DNA of 64,000 bases from Pavona decussata (GCA_977016875.1 CDRNST010000196.1:1178001-1242000), one strand, 5' to 3'; shown: positions 15,801-30,800, numbered from the stretch's first letter. Made by a program: numbers and translations. The notes: generated from the letters alone by a model not told the origin.

Positions 15801-18800
15801 AAGAAATATATGAATTCCAAGACAGTGTATTCTGTAACTCGCAGTATTGCCAGAATTTTGATTTTTCTGGGCAGTTTTACGTTTTTGTTACCTTCTGAGG
15901 TAAGTACCTTCGATACCTTTACGGTTTTAGCCCATCATATGTCTTTCTGCTTTTTGCTGAGTAACTTTGCAGCTAAATTTCATGTCATAATAAGGGCGAT
16001 CTTGTTCAGAAAATTATGATATACAAGATGACTGATTGCTTCACAAATGACTTAACTTTCCCGTCACATAACATCAAACTTAAATAATTCATCTTGTCAA
16101 GGTTTTGGAAGCTCTCTACCACAAGGAAATTAAACTTGAGACTTCATAAAACAATCTGATTATAATGTTTATGGTGTTCGCTACTGAAAACGGAGAATGA
16201 ACCTGCTCTGCACAGGGCTGCTTCTTTTTTTTTTTTTTTTTCTTGTTTCATTTCGGACATTTCCGTAACCAGGTGGGGCAGGAGGTACATAACTCTCAAG
16301 AGCATTACAGCTATGACAAAACCTTTCTCGTGTGTGTATTCTAAATATCACGATTTTGTGCCAGTAACTGACGCGTAAGCTGGTGCTTCTAGAAATAACT
16401 AATTTTTCTGAGGAAGTTTATTACGGTAAAATAACGAAGACAGATCACCACACTTGTTCACTAATTGACTGAGCTTAGCCAAGTAAAACATTTTTCACTG
16501 AGTGTAGGCTTATGCACAGCAAACGTCTTTAGGTTTGGTTCACACTGGCAACGGAATTGGAAGTGCAGTTGGAATCAGAAGCGAAGTAACCTCCCATTCC
16601 AATGTGAATACAAAACCGGAGACGGAATTGCAACCGTAAGTTCGTTGGAATCGGAAGGGTCAGAACGTTTCCTTTTTCTTCCGATTTCGATTCTGATTCT
16701 GTTGTTTGCGATCAAGTGTGAAGTGGTTGATCGGAATTGGAAGATCAAGTAGAAGGATCAACCAATCCCAAAGCTCATTCCCAATCCCTTTACGTGAGAT
16801 TTAAAACGGAAAACATGGCGGCCTTCCGCCATTTTGAATGAAAGGGAGGCTTCCGTTTCTGCTTCTGTTGTATTGATTCACACAAGGACAGAAGATTTTT
16901 CTGATTTCGACTCTGATTCCGCTTCTATCGCTTATGTCACTAGTGCAAACTAGGCGTTATTAAACTCACTATCAGCCAAAAAATTAAAATGTAACAATGA
17001 AACAAGAAAACGTTTAAGAACAAATCTCAAGGTATGCTTACCGCTGAGGACCAGTTCCTTATTTCTCCTTGTACAGATCCATCAACAGAAAGGAGTGGGA
17101 TGACTTGGCCACCAAACATACCCTCCATCTTGACGTCAAATCCCTCCATTTCAAACACCAACTAACATGACAAATCCACAATAATCAATACATATGTTTA
17201 TAATTTACATATACATTAGCTGCAATTCCCAGGCAAATCCAGGACAATGTTTCCTACCCTTTAGATTACAAGTTATGAAAATAACTTACCGTTTCTTCCT
17301 TACTTTTTTCAGCCTCATTAGCCTCAATGTGGTCGGGAGCTTTCTCTTCAACTGAGGAATCCAAAACAATGTTTATTATAAGTGCCGTTCAGTATTCTTA
17401 CAAGGTAGAAAAACGAATCTCAGCTACTACAACAACAACATTCCCTGAATTGGCCAGTCAACATTCCGTTTCTCAGAAAGTTGATGATGTGTCCATCACT
17501 CCCACCATTATTATGTTACATTCATAGGCTGGATGGGTGACTTGAGATCACGAATGGACTCGCAGCGCCTGCAAGATCCACCTTAACAAGCTGACACAAG
17601 GATTTGCTTCGATGTGCAAAATTTAATTTCCATAAATGAACAATGAAATTATGTGAATATTTACGCATTTTTTATAAGTTGAGATAAATTTGTAAAACAA
17701 CAATACCATAAATTATTTTATTTGCCATCTCCTAAGGGGTTTTCAAGACCTTTTTACAAACTTCATAAAACAATAACAGGGCGCTAGAACACTGGATAAA
17801 TATATTCATGACTATTGCCACACACTGGAATCACAATCATGGGTTGGACTGCAGAGCAGGCAGAACTAGAAAGAACATGTTAGCAAAGGGATGTACGTTC
17901 AGTGACAGAAATGCATAAAAAGATTACCTCCAACTTGAACCTCTTTGGGCAGCAGTCTCAGGTGATAGAGAGAGTCCCATGTCTCATCTCCATCATCCAG
18001 CTTCACGTGATACTTTGGCTCACTTGGTTCAGAAGCATCTACTTCCATCACTGTAGAACTGTAATACCGTGGCTTGTTCTTGAACTTGGCTATCACTCTT
18101 GTACCAGGTTTAATATTGGCAGCTTTTGGAGGAACATCGGGGATGACCCTGTGAGACGCATCTTTCAGTTCATAGAGGAACTTGTCGCCATCGTAGAGAT
18201 CAACGTGTAACTTGGTTCCCTTGTACGAGACAAATCCCTTGTAGTACCTTATTTTCGAGGTATGTGCCCACACCACGGTGCCAACTCCTAACACTCCTTC
18301 AGGAACTAAAAGACAAAAATAGGTTGACTCGTTGTTTCATATCTGATTATGATAACAAGATTGTCAAGATTAATACCATCTGACAAAACAAAACAAAAGA
18401 TTAATACCAGCTACTCCAATAAAGTTTTCCAAAGAAATCACCCTCCAAACACGTAATGACGCATTTTAATATCCGCCATTGATTAAAATGCTTCACTACT
18501 CTCAGAGACTGGGAGTAATTACTTGATGAGCTTTATTGTAAATAACAATTCATTCCGAAAAACAACGTAGGAAAGAATACATCGATTGCATAACATAGAT
18601 TACAAACGTGTTTAAAATGCAGATAGAATGTGTAAAAGCTACGAACCTGTGGCTACAACATCACATAGACACAGGGTTGCTAAAAATGACAACCCGACGC
18701 AAGAATCTAAAGTACAAATGTGGCTACAACAGGGATAGATCAGCCATTGGAACAAGAAAAGCATTGGAGTCGTGGCCATTAAACCTAGCTTCATTTCCTT

Positions 18801-21800
18801 TTCATGTATTTTCTCTTACTTGGTATAGGTTACTCATTTTCAATTGAGTTTGCGATTGGATTGACAAAATAACAGAATGGGCAAAATGTATTCAAAGTGT
18901 TTGAAAACGTTAACTTGAAGGTTTCAGAACAGTTTTATCGTTTCTCTTCACTTGTCTATGTAGAACAGTCATCATAAGAAAAAAATATCCCAAAGAAAAG
19001 AAAGACGTAAAGTTTCCTGGAAACATATACAAAGCTGTGAAAGAAATGTGATGTTATGTTCAATCCTGGTGGACAACAGAGGTATTTTCAATCAGTGACA
19101 CACTGGCAGGCATAGTCAGAAAAAGGAAGCCCCAGTTCCCCCACCAAGAGTCAAACCTTTGACCTACGCAAGGCTTCTGACAATTGCGTCTACATTTTTA
19201 AATTAAAAAAAACGTACCCTTTGCATTTCTTGTCATTAAGATCCGCATTCCGTTAGGACTAAAAATCCAGGTGTCACCACCGCTTATGAACCTAACACGA
19301 TAGATGACCCTCCCCTTCTCTTCCAAATGCTTTATTTCAGCAATGTTTCCAGCCTCCCAAGAAAAGCCATCAAAGGTGGCAATAACAGTAGTTCCAATTT
19401 TCAAGGCTGATGAATCTGGAACAATGTCTGGTACAATTGCAGCGCTGTCGTTTACGTCTACTATTTGCACATCTCCGCCATAGATTCGTACCACCAGCTT
19501 GCTGTACGTTTTGCTTGATACAAAACCCTTTTGGTACATGTCATCTTTGCACCTGACAAACACGATGGTCGAGACAACAATGTCTCCCTTTGGCACTAAA
19601 AAGAAAATGTACATGTTAGAGTACTGAATTATATTCTCGGTTTGACTTAACTTAAATAATTTTATTTCTTAACATTGTTATTTAAAGTCAGTACAAGAGA
19701 AGGGTAAGTGATAATTTTGGAAGAAACTGGCAAAAATGATAAAACGTAGCTTGGTTTGGATGTGTGAATGTTCCCGTTTTGGTTTATGTGTTAAATGTTC
19801 GTTAATGTTTGTTTCTGGTGTGAAAGTACTCCGAGAATTTTCTCACAACAGCACCATTGATCCGCCCTCCTGGAAGTTCAGGATGGTCTAACAATGAATG
19901 AGCACAATGTTAGCCTTTGGGATTCCATTAAAACACGAACACACACAATTGTTTCTGCCGCACGTCATGAAGGAACACATTTAACCTTCCTCTACACAAA
20001 TGAGACCTCCAAAATGTAAGGAAAATCTATCAATGTTTATTTGGGAGTAGTCCTGATTGTGAACATGAGGGACGACTTGAAGAAAGGATAGTACATGCCG
20101 TGTGAACACTGGTTATGAACAATTTTTATGAAGATTACGGCTTTTTATAATAAACGAGTTTCGGATGAAACGTCATCCATCTTCAATGCTGCTGGCTTTA
20201 CGAAAACTTGGTCATGAACAATAGGGAAGACCAGAACAAATGAGCTATCAAAAATGTTCTGTTTTATTTGATGGCTTCAAACTGGTTCACGATGTAAAGG
20301 GAATTTTGATTAAATTCATCAGTTGTTTGAATCTGCAAAACTGAGCGATCTTGTGGATCATTCAGAAGTTATTTCCCACAGTTAAGCTAAGAAAACGATT
20401 AGACTTATGTACAAGCTGTTTTGTGTGCTTCAAAAGTTTGCTGGATCTACTGCAAAAATGCTGACGTATTAAAAAACTATTTCTGTTCCATGTCTTTGCC
20501 ATGTTATGTTATAGCAAGTTGCATAACAGTCAGTTGAAACAAAAAAACAACAACAACCTGACGAATACCTCTCCAACATGGACCCGAAAGCAGTTTAAAG
20601 ACAAAGACAGAAACAATTACCTCCGGGTTTGATGGTAGTGAGGATGCGAATCGTTTCCAAAGTGTTCCAGTCTTCCACCCCATCCCAAAAGTCAACCCGA
20701 TATAGTTTCTCTCCATTCTCCTCCTTATTTTGAATAACTTTTCCCTCGACGTACGAAGTCTCCTTTGGACGTTTTGCAATCACCTGCACGCCAATAGCAA
20801 GATCCTTGGGTTCAGGATTCTTGTCAATAATGACAGCTGAAATGTCATTTGCGTCAAAGAACATTGGCAAGCTGTTATCGAACTGAACGATGGGATTTGC
20901 CAGAGCAGACAGGATGAACCCAGGATCGTAGTTGTGATGGTTAGTGAGCGACCTGGCCAGGACACGCCTCCCAGGGACTAGCTGGTCCTCTTGAACTAGA
21001 ATTATAGTGGATCAAGTAAAATCATGAAAATATGTGACTTCCTAAAGGCAAAATTCATTTTACTTTTAAGACCCCTAGACAATTAACAAATAAAAAGAAA
21101 CAGATGGTCATGACCAACACTGTGTAAAATACAAGCAAATTGCACTGATCTAAGCTTGGTTGCTCTAACTTTAATGTGTCGGTATTATGTTGACGAGAAA
21201 TTGCATGTACAACACCCTTGGGACTAACTACGTGAAGACTAGATTACCTTAAGGCCATTCACTCCACACGATGAATCATTACCTACCGGGTGATAGATAC
21301 CATCTGTCCTCAGTTGTGATTGGCTTTTCACTCCAAAGCTCTACTGCATTTTCAGTTGATTTTGTTTCGCCTTCTTCACTCTTTAACAAAGAAAAGAAAG
21401 TTAAAAAAATATGAATGGCGACATGATACAGTTCAAACGTTTGAGTCTGTGAACTTAATGTGGAATGGTGACCACTTATAAAGTTAGTAAGCAGCCCTTT
21501 CCTGTGTTAGTTTGTTTGCTTGTTTTTGTTTTGGGGGTTTTTTTGGTTTTTTTTTTTTTTCAATTTATTGTCTCTTAACTTTTAGAAAATGGTGACCTTT
21601 GTGTGAGAACAAACTTGTTCTCGAGGTCAAAGCAAGAATATTGCTGAAGGCCATGGCAAGGATGCAGACATCCCAAATCCTTAACATAATAACAGCTAGA
21701 GTAAGTATGTGTTGCTTTGGTTTGGTTTTATGAAAAATCTGTTTTTAGAAGAAAATATCACATTAGCCACTGGTAGCAGGTTTTTCCTTTTTTTCTTTCT

Positions 21801-24800
21801 TTCTTTTTTTTTAATTTCGAGTATTAATTGGTTTATCTGATATCTATGTTCACTGTGATAAAGACGATGTCACAACTGTTGGTTACACTTCAGCATGGCG
21901 GAAAACACAACGGCAAATATTTTTGCCTTCGGATGGACAAATGTCAGACTAAGTCACAATTTTCATCAGACAAAACAATGCAGTCAAAACCTTTCGCGGG
22001 GCATTAAATCCCGTCACAGCCGTGAATTGTCAGACACTTGGAAATACCGTCAGCCATTGTCAAATGACCGACCAACGGTTACCTGCAGTTCTGCAGGACC
22101 AAAAGATTTGGGTAATCAAATATAGTGTGATTGGCTCAAGGTGAAGAGGACAAACTTAGTTTGTTGCTACTGCACGAGGCGAAAACAAAATCGCACTTAT
22201 CAATGACTACAATAAACCTCTTGACCATAATAGCAAAGTTGACTCATTGCAATGCATGTCTACAAACCAAACTCGTCTCTGGATAAAAAGGTAACGGGTA
22301 CAAAAGTTCACCTAATGCACGCTGAAAATGAGAAAGGCTTGGTGGCCAATTACACTAGGGCAGATACACAGTTAAGAAGTACTTTTGTACCAAGTGTTCA
22401 CGCTTAGTTCTTCGATATTGATTTCAGAACCACAGTGCAGTGTTCAAAGAACTTTTTACACTATAATTCTTTACAGTATAATTATTTACTTGTAAACAAA
22501 CACGGCCGCCATTTTGATTTTGATAAGCAGCACAAAAACGTTCTTTTCTAGTCCCCACTAAGACCTACAGGCAATGGATTCTGATTAGGTCAATATTTGC
22601 AGAAGAAAATTGGACAAAAATATCCCTTCTAGAGGAGAGGGGGGTTTAATCCAGGTTTAATGAATAAATTAATATCAATGTCAATTTTTGACTACGACGA
22701 AGAAAAAGAACAAGAAAAAGAAAAAAAAAAAAAAAAGAAACTCGACCGAAACCTGGACACGATCTGCCCCCAGGGCACCCCGCGTAAAAATGGCAAGACT
22801 AGTTAAAGTAAAAAAATTATATAGACAAAACGTTATTAATGCAGTGCATTGTTGCACAACTTTGCCAATCCTGCTCCCTCTCATAACACACACCTTAGCA
22901 GGAGCCAATGACATGAGACACGCTGTCAGTGTCCTGATGGTGGGTGGCGAGACATGGACATACGCCATTCCAGTTGAGACATCAACACGCATATTTCCAC
23001 CTTCTGGGAGAGAGCTGAGCAACGAGATATGAGACAACTGGAGAACCTACAGAAAATACCAGAGTCCACTAAATGGTATAAATATTTATTCAAAACAGGG
23101 AGGAAAATGTTTCTAGAACATGCTCACTTGTTATAAGTGTATGTAAGTAAAAATGGTTCAACAAACTTCTTACGAAAATGGAGCTATGCCTGACAGTTGC
23201 CAAGCCAACTCTGAGAGTATACAACAGAGTTAGTGGACCCATAGCAACCCTGCGCGAATTAAATCCAACCTAATTCACTCACGTAGGGTAATGCTGACCA
23301 ATTGAACTTAAGAGACCTAAGATGATCAGTGGAAACATAGCATGAGTCGATTGGGTTTACCTGAGCTCTGGTAGCATTATTTCTAAAGCAAAACTAAAGA
23401 AAACATCCAGTAAAGAAACAACATCACCAAGTGAGTGATGTGGTCAGTTAATGTTCATTGAACCTGATGTTGCCATGGCACCTGCATTAACATTTTTGTT
23501 TTTAGCTCATTTTAGTGTCTTTCTGTTACTTGTCGTTCCATTTTGGTGGTTCACTGAAGTTTTCGGGAAATCCAGAGATCCAAGATGGCCGCCGTTTGAC
23601 AATCATGACGTAATTACCACATTCTTTGACGTCATCACTTCTCGCTGTGGACCTCAAAGGAAACGTCTTTGAACGAGCTATTTATCGTCTAAGTGTCATT
23701 ATCACAGCTGAAATAGCCTCGAATTGTCTGGAATTTTTCTCAAAATGTATGAAGACATGCGCTCTCATCACTATATGACATTGAGCAGGGGTAAGAGGGG
23801 AGAGTGCATCAGGGCATTTTGACACTGGTTGTAGTCAAAAGCCTCGGGTGCGGGCTTATTTTAAGGGGGGCTCATATTCGGAACGTTCATTGTGTGGACC
23901 TTAATATAAAAGAATCTGCCTTCACTTTCCAAATTGATCAGACTTATCAGTCCCATTAAATCAATCTCGCCAATAAAAATTTTGAACTTTATATAAAAAG
24001 AACGGGAGGAAAGTGACAATCAGAAATCACTGACTCCTACCCTCGACTTGGTTGACTTTCTTCTGCTCTTGTCAAAAGCTGCTGATGTAATCACAACATC
24101 CGAAACGGAACCAGACATTTTCTGTTGACCATGGCCTTGGACAAAGTGGAAATCAATAGAGTTCTGCAAAACAAGTTGAAGAGCGAGTCAATGATTGCGA
24201 TTGAAATTGATAGTCACCTTTAGTTTACTAACCTTCAAAAACAAAGCATTCGTGTCCTTATCCCTTGCATCTGCTAACAGCACAATTTCTGGGTCTTTGA
24301 TTGAGATTTGGACAGTGATTTGAGGAGGCTCTTCATCTTCAGCCTTCGCTCCAACAGGCGTCTGTTTAGTGACAGCTTGAGAGGGCTGTTGGATAGCAGG
24401 AAGGGTAGGAGTTCCAGATTCATCGGTGTTCAATGCCGACATGAAGACGTTGGACAGAACCAACAGATACTCCAGGTTTACCACCACATCGAAACTCTGT
24501 ATTTCCATTACAACTATTGAAATCAATAACGACAATGTTAACGCTTTGGACTGAAAGTCTACTGTTTATCCTGTCTAATATCTAATACTGTTGCATTTGT
24601 GACTAATGTAAATTATCATGTTAGGTGGACCTTGGTGTTTTGTTGTATTTAGTTTTTTGCTGTAAATTTTCCTCCTTGCACTGCACTTAATTGTATTTTA
24701 ATACAGTTGGGATGGTGGCAATGTGTTTTCGTAGTCTCTGCAATGTCATGGTGTTTTTCCTAACACAAGTAACTTAATTCTCGGCAGGTAAGGAATATTA

Positions 24801-27800
24801 CTTGTTTTGTCCTGATTAGAGGCTTGTTGGAACTGAATGTCTATCATGTTCTTTACTTCGCTTGAGCCTCCATCAAACCTCTCAATCATCCTACAAATAA
24901 AGAAAAAGGAACATCATCAGCCGTTATTAATTTTAGAGTTGGCTTTCCTAAACGTGAATATTTTGTTTTGTTCCTCCGTAACACCTGTTTTCTTCTTCAC
25001 TCAATCTCGTACTAAATCTTCCATAATGTTACAGAGTTCTCATCATGAGTTCTCATAGTCATTGTGAAAAGATTTCTAAGTTTAACAAGCGGGTAGCTGT
25101 GTCACAAAGGTGTGTCTGCACTTCCAGTGATTAAACCATGTCTTAATCAGCAATTCATCACTACAACACATAGTACTGATTCCAAAACAAACCAGTTGTA
25201 CATAGTAAAGTTTCCTTGCTTTTTTCGTCCTGAAAACTAACGCTGCATTTGGGAATTACGATTAATGTTCAGGGTACAAAAAAAATGAACTGAAATAGGT
25301 TTGGAAATGTCTTCATATAAGCGGATATCACCTTTTTTTACAAACTGGATCATTCAATAATGCCAATCTAGGGTTCTGATTGCCTGAGAGGCCATGGGAT
25401 ATCAGCCATAATACCATGCCTGAGAAAAAGCGGCCACTCAATTGCAATAACTAGCAATTTTCTTGGTTGTTTTTCTTTTAACAAAATAATTACTTCACTC
25501 GCGCTTGTTGGATATGGGATGATTAAAGCTGCGAGCATGACATATCCAATGTGTGCTCGTGGAACAATTGTTAAATATATATCAAAGACTATGATTCTGG
25601 TTATACTGCATCGTCCCACACTGCCCCTCTCCACGCAGTGAAGAACTATGCCGTAACAAATGGATCAACTTTTGGGAAGAATCAGGGATGAATGAAGAAA
25701 GGTACTTAATATTAATTCTTGTTACCGAGTCACGCCGTCTTCACTCTCTGGCCGTTTGTCGTCCAGCAAGCAGGTCTGCAATGTCACATTGGCATTTATG
25801 ACAGAGTTGGACATAATTTTTCCTGAGGTGGCCACCTGAACAAGTGAGAACTGGCCCAGACAGCAGTCTTCATCCCTGGAAGATTTTTCACCTGTAGGCT
25901 GGTAATGAGACAAACAAGCTACAGTTGAACCTCCCTGAACAACTACAAGTGAAGGAGGATACGCCCAGGCCCAAAACAAGTGAACATGAAAGATACTAAT
26001 AATGATGAAGTAACGATAAGTGTCAAGACACTACAAAACACTACCGTACATGCACTAAGGGCGCTTTAAGCATGGGCACAGTCTATTATCTTTGTTATGT
26101 ACGGTAGTGGTTTGCGGTATCTTGACGCTTAACATTATTTTAATAATAACAATAACCTGTTTTCAGCTTATACTCGGGCCATATTTGACTGCATGGTGCG
26201 TAAGCTTACAATCTTTTGGCAGTGATAACCTCCAGCATCATTAATTCCCCCAAATCGAAAGATACAGAGATATAGTGAGGCAATAAGTAAGCACCACATA
26301 GAATTGCATTTCTTGCAGTCATAATGAAATACAGGGAAAAACGACATTTGTCATGCCAAAAGACACTATGAAAATAGAAACACAAACAGATTAAGTTTCT
26401 TCGCGTCTGTTCATGTGACCCCGGGTCATGATGACGCTAACAGCAATATCCGGTATGATCGTTGTGAAGGCCACATTCAATTAAACGTGTTCTCCGCTTT
26501 CTATCAAATCTTGTGGTGATCACTGGCATTGTATTAAAACGCAAACTTTTGCAAACGTTTCCCATCATCGTTGTTCAAGTCCGGATATTTACAGGTTTGG
26601 ACAGAAATGATTTAAAGTAGTCATTAAGAATTTCCGAGATACTTCTCCCTATGAATGCTAAAATCTTAATATTTTTAGTCATTTGTGTCTTCCCAGAGAG
26701 AACTATCTCAATATTCTCAATATTATCTTAATAATCCTCAATTTTGAGGGTAGACTTAATAATACGTTTTGAAAGTAATTTCGTGTTTGCTCTGCTTTTG
26801 CTTGACTATTTAAAGACGCGTAACACCTTGTAAACCAATCAGAAAACAAAATTTTAATCAGCAGTGACTTGTTCACACGCGTTTTCCTATGCTTGACACA
26901 TTTACTTGTAGTTGGTTCACTGCAGTGTTTGCCTCTGCTTTGAATGGTTAGACTGCTTACTCTGGGCATAGTTAAAGGGACACTGTCACGGCGATTTTGC
27001 TACATTTTCGTCAAAATGGCTCAAATATTTGACAAAGAACCTTTTTTCTAACATGAAATTGCTGTTAGAGCACCGAGAAGGAAATATCAAGGGATTTATC
27101 TGGGGAAGAACAAACTATATGCAGTTTTTGACGACTTCTCTACAATACACAGGAGGAACTTGAAAAAACTGGCCAATTTTTTCATTTGCAATCCATTTCC
27201 ATCCTAGCCATCCCCAGCAAAAGATAATTAATAGTTTCTGTGCATTATTAGGGTTATTGTTAACAAAACTGAACCATTATTTTGAGAATTCCATCGCTTC
27301 AAATATGTTTTTTGGCTATTCAAAGTGACATAAAAATTCGGTGACACTGCCCCTTTAATTAAAGGCAATGGTTATAAAACCTGCCAAACTTCTTTGTTAT
27401 ATGTTTTTGTTTGCCCTTTTGCCCTTGACCCTGCACAAACAACAATAGAATTTGGAATGTTTTGGAGCAACTGACCAATCGAAACGTCTTTGTTAAGATA
27501 TTCAACGGTAATGTGAATGTTAAAACAAAGGATTATGCAGGGTCGCGGCCCTTCCAACATAAATTGCAGCACCATTGTTTTCATGGCAAGGTTTCCTAAC
27601 CAGTCCCTCAATTAACTATACTCTGGGTTTATTTTTGACTGACATGAAATCGCTTTTCTTGTATTTGGCACAAAAACATGTTGGTAACAATTTAAAACAT
27701 TCCGGTAAAGAACATCTGTTCAACAATGCAACAAGTGTACAGCACTCACCTTGGCAGTTTCTTTCCAAAACACTGCTGCAGTAACTTCTTCAATCTCAAA

Positions 27801-30800
27801 AGAAAATTTAACTGTGACCCACACTTCTTCACTGACATTTGGTGCTGTAGCATCTGTCTGGTCCGCACCTTCAGCTTCTAAAATTGTTCATGTAATCATT
27901 AATTAAAACCAAAAGCAAGGATGGAAAACATTTGTTTGGTATGAGAGAAAATTGAGGTAAGAAAATTGACTTTGAACCAAGGTGGTTCCTGTTCAGCTGC
28001 GCAGACTCAGCTAAGTCAGATGGCTTTTCTCTTTCTAAAACTCAACCTTGATACGCATTTCATTGATAAATAGATATACATACACGCCAACTGAACTGCT
28101 TAAAGAAGCTGTTCCAAAAACGCCACTACAGGAAAAGCAAGCGAGGGGCATGCAGCCTCAGCTTGTTGACTCTAATATCCTCTGAAATAAACATGCTTCC
28201 AAACCTCACTTAAACCAAAATATCCCCACCACAAAAGAAGACACAAGATTGTATTCTTTTCACAAGAGACTACAACTTAAGATAAAGGTGGGCAGGCAAG
28301 CTCTATTACTGTGCCTTTCAATAACATACGGACTCTGAACTTCAACCCAGCTAACGATTTGCGTGTTTTACTGCCATCAATCATAATTACTGCGACAAGC
28401 GACTGACCAGAAAAATACAGAAACCGACAAAGTGGATCAAAATCCGCCAATCACAGCGCACGAACATGACCTTTTGACCCTGTTGAGCCAAACACTTTGT
28501 TTTCTAAGAGGTCCGCAGCAGTGATTGACGGCAGTGAAAAGCGTAACGGTTGATTGAATTTTGAACTTCAGAGTCCGCATGTTATTGAAAGGCGCAGTAA
28601 TGCGAAAACTTCTTGCTAGAGTATAAAAGTATCATTTAATCCCAAATTAAAATATTAGAGCAAATTCTTACCCAGTCCTTGCTGAGCAATAGGCTTGATA
28701 CTTGCTTCCAGTTGTGAAAGTTCTAAAAGTCGAATACAACGAATGGCGGAGTAATAATGAAAGCTGGTCAATGCCATTCCGATTTAAGAACAAATTGTTT
28801 TCCATAACTATGCTCTTCACTTAAAATACATTTCTTGACTAACTTACAACAACTATTACTTAGAATAAAACAAATAAGCTAAAACCAGAAACTTGGGGGG
28901 GGGGGGGAACTCGGAAACAAAATGCACACCTTCCCTCGTTCTCGGTTTCTGTTTACTTCTCATGCAAATATAAATTATGACAAAGTAAAACCCTCTCGAC
29001 ATGGTCACTCAATTTAGGCAAGGTTAGTTTTATTTGCTTTTTGTACAACTTAGCAATATTAACATAATATTTCTTGACTTCTGTGTATATGTTGTGGCTC
29101 AATTTTATCCTTATTTTAAATTTTATTTTCCATCGTTTCAAACTCATCATCACGCATTACCAAAATAACTAAACAATCAGAAAACAAAGACTATGATATC
29201 AGTTAACGAAAAGATAAGCGGACCTGTTTGAATTTAGTGCAGAGTTTTCTTGGAAATGTTCCACAAGGAAAATGAACACTCCCACAGGTTGCATCCTGGG
29301 GACAAAGGCTCTTTTGTAAAATGTAACCTTGTAACCAAACGGTCATTTTAAAATGTAAACTCAAACTAAGTTCATCTGAGCTTGAAATCCCAACTCCTCC
29401 GCAGAAATCAATTTCAGTAAGAAGTAATCCCACCTACGGAATGGCAACAAAACATTCTGGCGGTTGTGATTAAATCTCATCAGAAAAAGCATTTTAACCT
29501 AGCTTCCATGTACCTTTCAAAAATGATAATTTGACGATTTTAACAATATGAATATCCCCAAAACTTACCTGATCAAAGTGTAAAGCACGAGACGATTAGA
29601 TGCAAAGTCAGTAAACCCGCAAAATGCCCCAAACTAAACCATTCAATATTTGACCAGACCCATCAAGAATTGCATCAACTATGTATGGACAAAATTTTTG
29701 GCAAATCACACCTCGTTGGTATATATATGTCACACACAGACCATGAATCTGGAAGTCTAAAGGTTACAAACCTGCGCCACACACATATCGCGTCAAATCT
29801 AACTCCTATGTCCTAACTTAACCAAGGGCAATTTTTGCCATGGCAACATGATTCCTCTTCTTACATGAAGCAACCCTATGCCATGCAAACTCCTCTGTTG
29901 GTTCATTAGTGCTCTTCACTAAGCATATCACTATGTAGGAGGACAATGGGAACGACCAAGAATGTTGCCAGATTCTCCCAACATCCTAAGTAGCTGTATA
30001 CAGTGTTAGACTTACAGATAAACCTTAATTACCTGTCTCCACGGGAATGGTTCCTTCACTTAGGTTCTGGAACAAGATTCCCATTATGGTTCTGATATCA
30101 TCTTCTCCAGCACACAACTACAGCAGAGGAGTGCATACAAAACAAATTGCTGTTACTAAACACACCACAATTTGGAAGATAATAATGACCCATGCATGTA
30201 TAACTTTAATAGCAAATAACTGTTTTTGTAACTGATACAAAATTGTGTAAGAAAACTGATCTTCAAAATTAACACACGTAAAAACCTGAACTTCTAGCAC
30301 CCTTCAGGGGACTTGGTCAGGCTTCGAACAGACGTACAAACAAACGAAAGTCTGGAAAATATCCATACTATAAGTGATAAACACTAAATAAATCTTACTA
30401 ATTTTGGAATTGTTTTTCAGCGCATCACACAATAAAGAGGCGAAATAACATTTTCTAAGAACAGGTTAAGAATCGAATAAAGATGATACATTGTTACGGT
30501 CAACCCAGGTCACGCGTGAACAATATTTTTGAAATTTGAACGGAGTTTTGAAATTTACATGTCTGTTTTGAAAATTGCCAACGAGATTTCAGAGTTCCCG
30601 TATAAATTTCCCTAGCTTATTGACGGTATAAAGCTATGAATTTTTCTTTACATTGCAAAATTGAATATGTCAAGAATAACAATTGTTTCCCAAGTATTTT
30701 GAATCTTTTTTTCAGTTAATGCGTCTTTTTCGGAACCATTTCCAGAGAAATGTCCAACATTCCATTCACACGTCGGACATTACAAAGAGAAATTCGAATG

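Noticed and set aside
17928-20995. Tudor-like exons as an independent nested gene
   Set aside because: Same strand as VPS13, no own start or stop exon found, and phases match the flanking VPS13 exons exactly
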